From NCBI GenBank assembly GCA_038225185.1, contig JBBRFA010000005.1:1-58584 (forward strand): 58,584 nucleotides of DNA, given 5' to 3'. Position 1 is the first letter of the stretch. Each line of letters begins with the position of its first letter. The notes beneath the pieces are model-generated. The model searched no databases. It saw nothing but the letters and a program-made list of their open reading frames with translations, and was not told the origin of the DNA. This document shows positions 56,082-58,584 of this stretch, piece by piece. This DNA is from Chthoniobacterales bacterium (lineage in GTDB: Bacteria > Verrucomicrobiota > Verrucomicrobiia > Chthoniobacterales > DASVRZ01). The position numbers and the translations under genes are program-made.

Positions 56082-57257
56082 TTAATAATTGATCGTTGGG
56101 TGCAGCGCGATTTTTACCCTTGCAAAACGTGCGGCATTATTGCTGACAGGTTGGTCATCAATCAATTTTACCCGTTCCCAATCCGTGCCAATCACCTCGG
56201 TAATCGTGCTCGTGCCAGAAGTATTCCAATCGGTCCAGGTCGCTGCGGTGAGGTCGTTTGTCACTTGCGCGGTGTAGATAATTTGAGGATTGGATGCGGC
56301 TTTGCGTCGGATAAATTCGATGGTGAGTCGCTGCGTTTGATTAATTTCTTCGATTTTCACCAACGGCAGACCGCTTAGGCCGATGTCGGCGGCCATGGGG
56401 ACCGCATCGGGCTTGGTGGGATCGAGATTAAAGGCGTATTCGATCAAGTTGAGCAGACCATCGCCATCGGGATCGGCGAGAGGCAGACCAATCGCGGGAT
56501 CGACAATTTGCGGCCCGCTAAAATGGGTGGCCCGCCAGGTGGCCAACGTGCCTATGGCAAAAGTAACGGTGTGCGGATCGCTGGAGATTGGCAGACTGTC
56601 CGAAGCTCGAAAAGCGCTGCCTCGGAACGTGATCCGATAGATGCCAAGCTCGGTAAAATTCCAGTTCATATGGTTGTGCGAGACGTCGCTTAAATAGTAG
56701 CGATCCGTGGCATCGATCCCATCGAAATTTGCCATCCAGATTGTTGGCACTCCGAAGCCACTGGTCGTGTGGACCGAGAAATACGGGGGATCGATAGCTG
56801 CACCAGAGTATTCGACCTGTAAAAGCTGAACGGCCTGCCAACGCCGTGTCAACCCATTAAGCCTGGGATCGGGGTTGGAGTAAGAAAGCAGAATGCCCGA
56901 CGGGTGCGACCCCCGGATACCGGGCCAGGTGTAGGCGCGATTGCTTTGCGGTAAATTCCAATAAGGGGTGCCAATCTCAGCTCCGATGAAATTGAAAGCG
57001 GCATTATTGTTTCTAACAACGCGATCTCCCGGCCTGCTGGCGTCTGTGGTAAGGGAGTCGCGTGCCGGAAGCGCGGCATCCTCCAGAGGCGTCTCCAGAT
57101 TGGGATTGTCGAATCCGCCGCCATGACGAAAAAAAGTCTGCCAGGTGTCGGTGGCAGGCACATAACGATAGGTAAGATCCACGTGATCTGTGATTAACAA
57201 GGCCGCCTGACTGGAAATAGCCAATGATAGGAATAGGCCGCAGATTGGGATTTTCAT
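56082..57257 (-). CDS. Choice-of-anchor M domain protein with a Verrucomicrobia-type C-terminal domain
   Basis: Signal peptide, HVDL, YWNLPQ, HNHMNWNFTELGIYRITF, ADPDGDGLLNLIEYAFNLDP. Confidence 0.8.
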   Translation of the reverse strand: MKIPICGLFLSLAISSQAALLITDHVDLTYRYVPATDTWQTFFRHGGGFDNPNLETPLEDAALPARDSLTTDASRPGDRVVRNNNAAFNFIGAEIGTPYWNLPQSNRAYTWPGIRGSHPSGILLSYSNPDPRLNGLTRRWQAVQLLQVEYSGAAIDPPYFSVHTTSGFGVPTIWMANFDGIDATDRYYLSDVSHNHMNWNFTELGIYRITFRGSAFRASDSLPISSDPHTVTFAIGTLATWRATHFSGPQIVDPAIGLPLADPDGDGLLNLIEYAFNLDPTKPDAVPMAADIGLSGLPLVKIEEINQTQRLTIEFIRRKAASNPQIIYTAQVTNDLTAATWTDWNTSGTSTITEVIGTDWERVKLIDDQPVSNNAARFARVKIALHPTINY

Positions 57258-57291
57258 GAAATGGAGTTCGCTCCTGGCTTTAAAAACGAGC

Positions 57292-57984
57292 TCAGCGAGG
57301 CAGGGCAATGTTGTCGCCCGCCTCGATGCGAGCCTTGATCACGGACGAGAGGTGGCTTTCCACATGGCCGTCGGAATAAAGATAATTGGAGGTGCCGAGC
57401 GAATGATCGGCTCGTTTGTAAGTCGTGAAACGATCTGGGGAGATGTCCTGCGTCACAGCGTTCCAGGAAGTCCAGGAGGAGGAATGGGTGTGATCCTCCG
57501 AATCGCTCACATCGGCGTGATCGGAGATGATGAATGCCATGATGGTGCCGCTGCGGTTGTTCACTTTTAAGAGATTATTGCCGATGCCACCGAGACTCTC
57601 GCCCTGGGAATCGAATTCGGGCACGAAGAGGTAGCTATTCATCACATAGCTGGTGCCTTTGGCTTCGAGACGGTCCGCCGCTTTGGGATCGGCCGGGCAA
57701 AGCCGCACTTTATCGACGTTACCCAAATAAGATTCGAGAGCGTAAATCCAGGATTGCCCGATGGCAGCAGTGTGCGAGGTCTCGGGAAGATGTTGATCGT
57801 TCTCGGCTGCGTATGTCATCAGGGCAATGCCGATTTGACGCAGATTGGAGGCGCAGGCGGTTTTTTTACCAGTGAGCAACACTTTTTGAAAAACAGGAAA
57901 AGCCAATGCTGCAAGCACTCCGATGATCGCAACCACGATCAAGAGTTCAACCAGACTAAAAGCAGGGCTTCGTTTGCAATTCAC
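57292..57984 (-). CDS. Prepilin-type N-terminal methylation protein with H-X9-DG-like C-terminus
   Basis: AFSLVELLIVVAIIGVLAAL, CASNLRQIG, CPAD, SYVMN, H..GTSNYLYSDGHV. Confidence 0.92.
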   Translation of the reverse strand: MNCKRSPAFSLVELLIVVAIIGVLAALAFPVFQKVLLTGKKTACASNLRQIGIALMTYAAENDQHLPETSHTAAIGQSWIYALESYLGNVDKVRLCPADPKAADRLEAKGTSYVMNSYLFVPEFDSQGESLGGIGNNLLKVNNRSGTIMAFIISDHADVSDSEDHTHSSSWTSWNAVTQDISPDRFTTYKRADHSLGTSNYLYSDGHVESHLSSVIKARIEAGDNIALPR

Positions 57985-58028
57985 TTGCGAAAGATGACCA
58001 ATAAAGAGCTATCCGCAAGTTTTTTGCG
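57975..58028. promoter_or_regulatory. Two TGCAA-N5-TTGCA-type boxes at and upstream of the prepilin start
   Basis: tgcaattcacttgcg (57975-57989) and cgcaagttttttgcg (58014-58028). Confidence 0.6.
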
Positions 58029-58444
58029 TTAAAATCGCAGGATAAGTGCGTTTAATTGGTGGCGCTGACACATTTTGTGCGACGACTGGAGGTCCCATCA
58101 GTTTCCATGAAGCAAAAAGATCGTGAAAATGAGTTTCACCTGCATTTTCCAGTTAAATTCTGGCTCAATTATAAAAATTTTGTAAAAGCAAGTTTCTATA
58201 AAAAGCTAGGATGGTGTGAACTCGGGTGTAGGCCTTGGAGGCGGACAAAACTTATAATTTTAAAGAACCAATGCAAAGCTGGTGAGCGCAATCTTTGTTT
58301 TTTAACGTTAATCATCTGAATAAACGGCATGGCCTATGCTGCGGCAGAAGTGTGAACTTAAAATTTGTATCCCTCCCAGCTTTTCGCTGGTTCACCAAGA
58401 CATTGACTCGCATTAATGGCCAAAAAGAGAAGTCATTCTCAAGA

Positions 58445-58584
58445 ATGTATTCTCAAAACTGCAACGCCACTTCGCTGTGGCTATTTTGCGTTCTGCTCGT
58501 CGTCCCTCGACTGGCGTTTGCGCAAGCCAATCAGATCGATCTGGCCGGAGCGCGCGATGTGGCCGTCCTGGGTTCCTCGACCAT
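58445..58584 (+). CDS. Partial secreted protein, possibly ice-binding-like (DUF3494), cut by the window edge
   Basis: MYSQNCNATSLWLFCVLLVVPRLAFA|QANQIDLAGARDVAVLGSST resembles the DUF3494 start (DLG.A..FAVLAGST). Confidence 0.45.
   Translation, partial: MYSQNCNATSLWLFCVLLVVPRLAFAQANQIDLAGARDVAVLGSST

Noticed and set aside
58426-58456. Fur box-like gagaagtcattctc / agaatgtattct
   Set aside because: Spacing does not fit the 7-1-7 Fur palindrome and the second half overlaps the likely start codon
1-58584. CRISPR array, rRNA or tRNA genes
   Set aside because: No regularly spaced repeat-spacer series, no cas genes and no rRNA- or cloverleaf-like segment seen by eye; a short RNA could have been missed

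Overview
Bacterial chromosomal window, most consistent with Verrucomicrobiota (PEP-CTERM proteins, a DGDG..N..EYA C-terminal domain, an H-X9-DG-type prepilin, CA-rich leaders). It holds a RAYT transposase, an alpha-2-macroglobulin, housekeeping genes (alaS, psd, pssA, xerD, mnmA, cutA, potCDB), a purine-uptake locus, a complete cnrYXHCBA-like metal efflux operon and a probable zinc-starvation regulon sharing a TGCAA-N5-TTGCA box. Three things stand out. (1) alaS carries an in-frame ~205-codon RAYT/Y1-transposase domain with a broken HUH motif, bracketed by 26-bp inverted REP-like repeats; the same repeat pair, without the transposase, sits in frame at the 5' end of the nucleoside permease gene. 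(2) An unannotated 40-aa ORF with an 11-residue periodic motif and its own terminator heads a divergent Mur ligase/glycosyltransferase/sulfotransferase-like cluster, a candidate new peptide-modification system. (3) A PIN-domain two-gene cassette lies between 92-bp identical direct repeats. All product calls come from motif recognition by eye; no searches were run.
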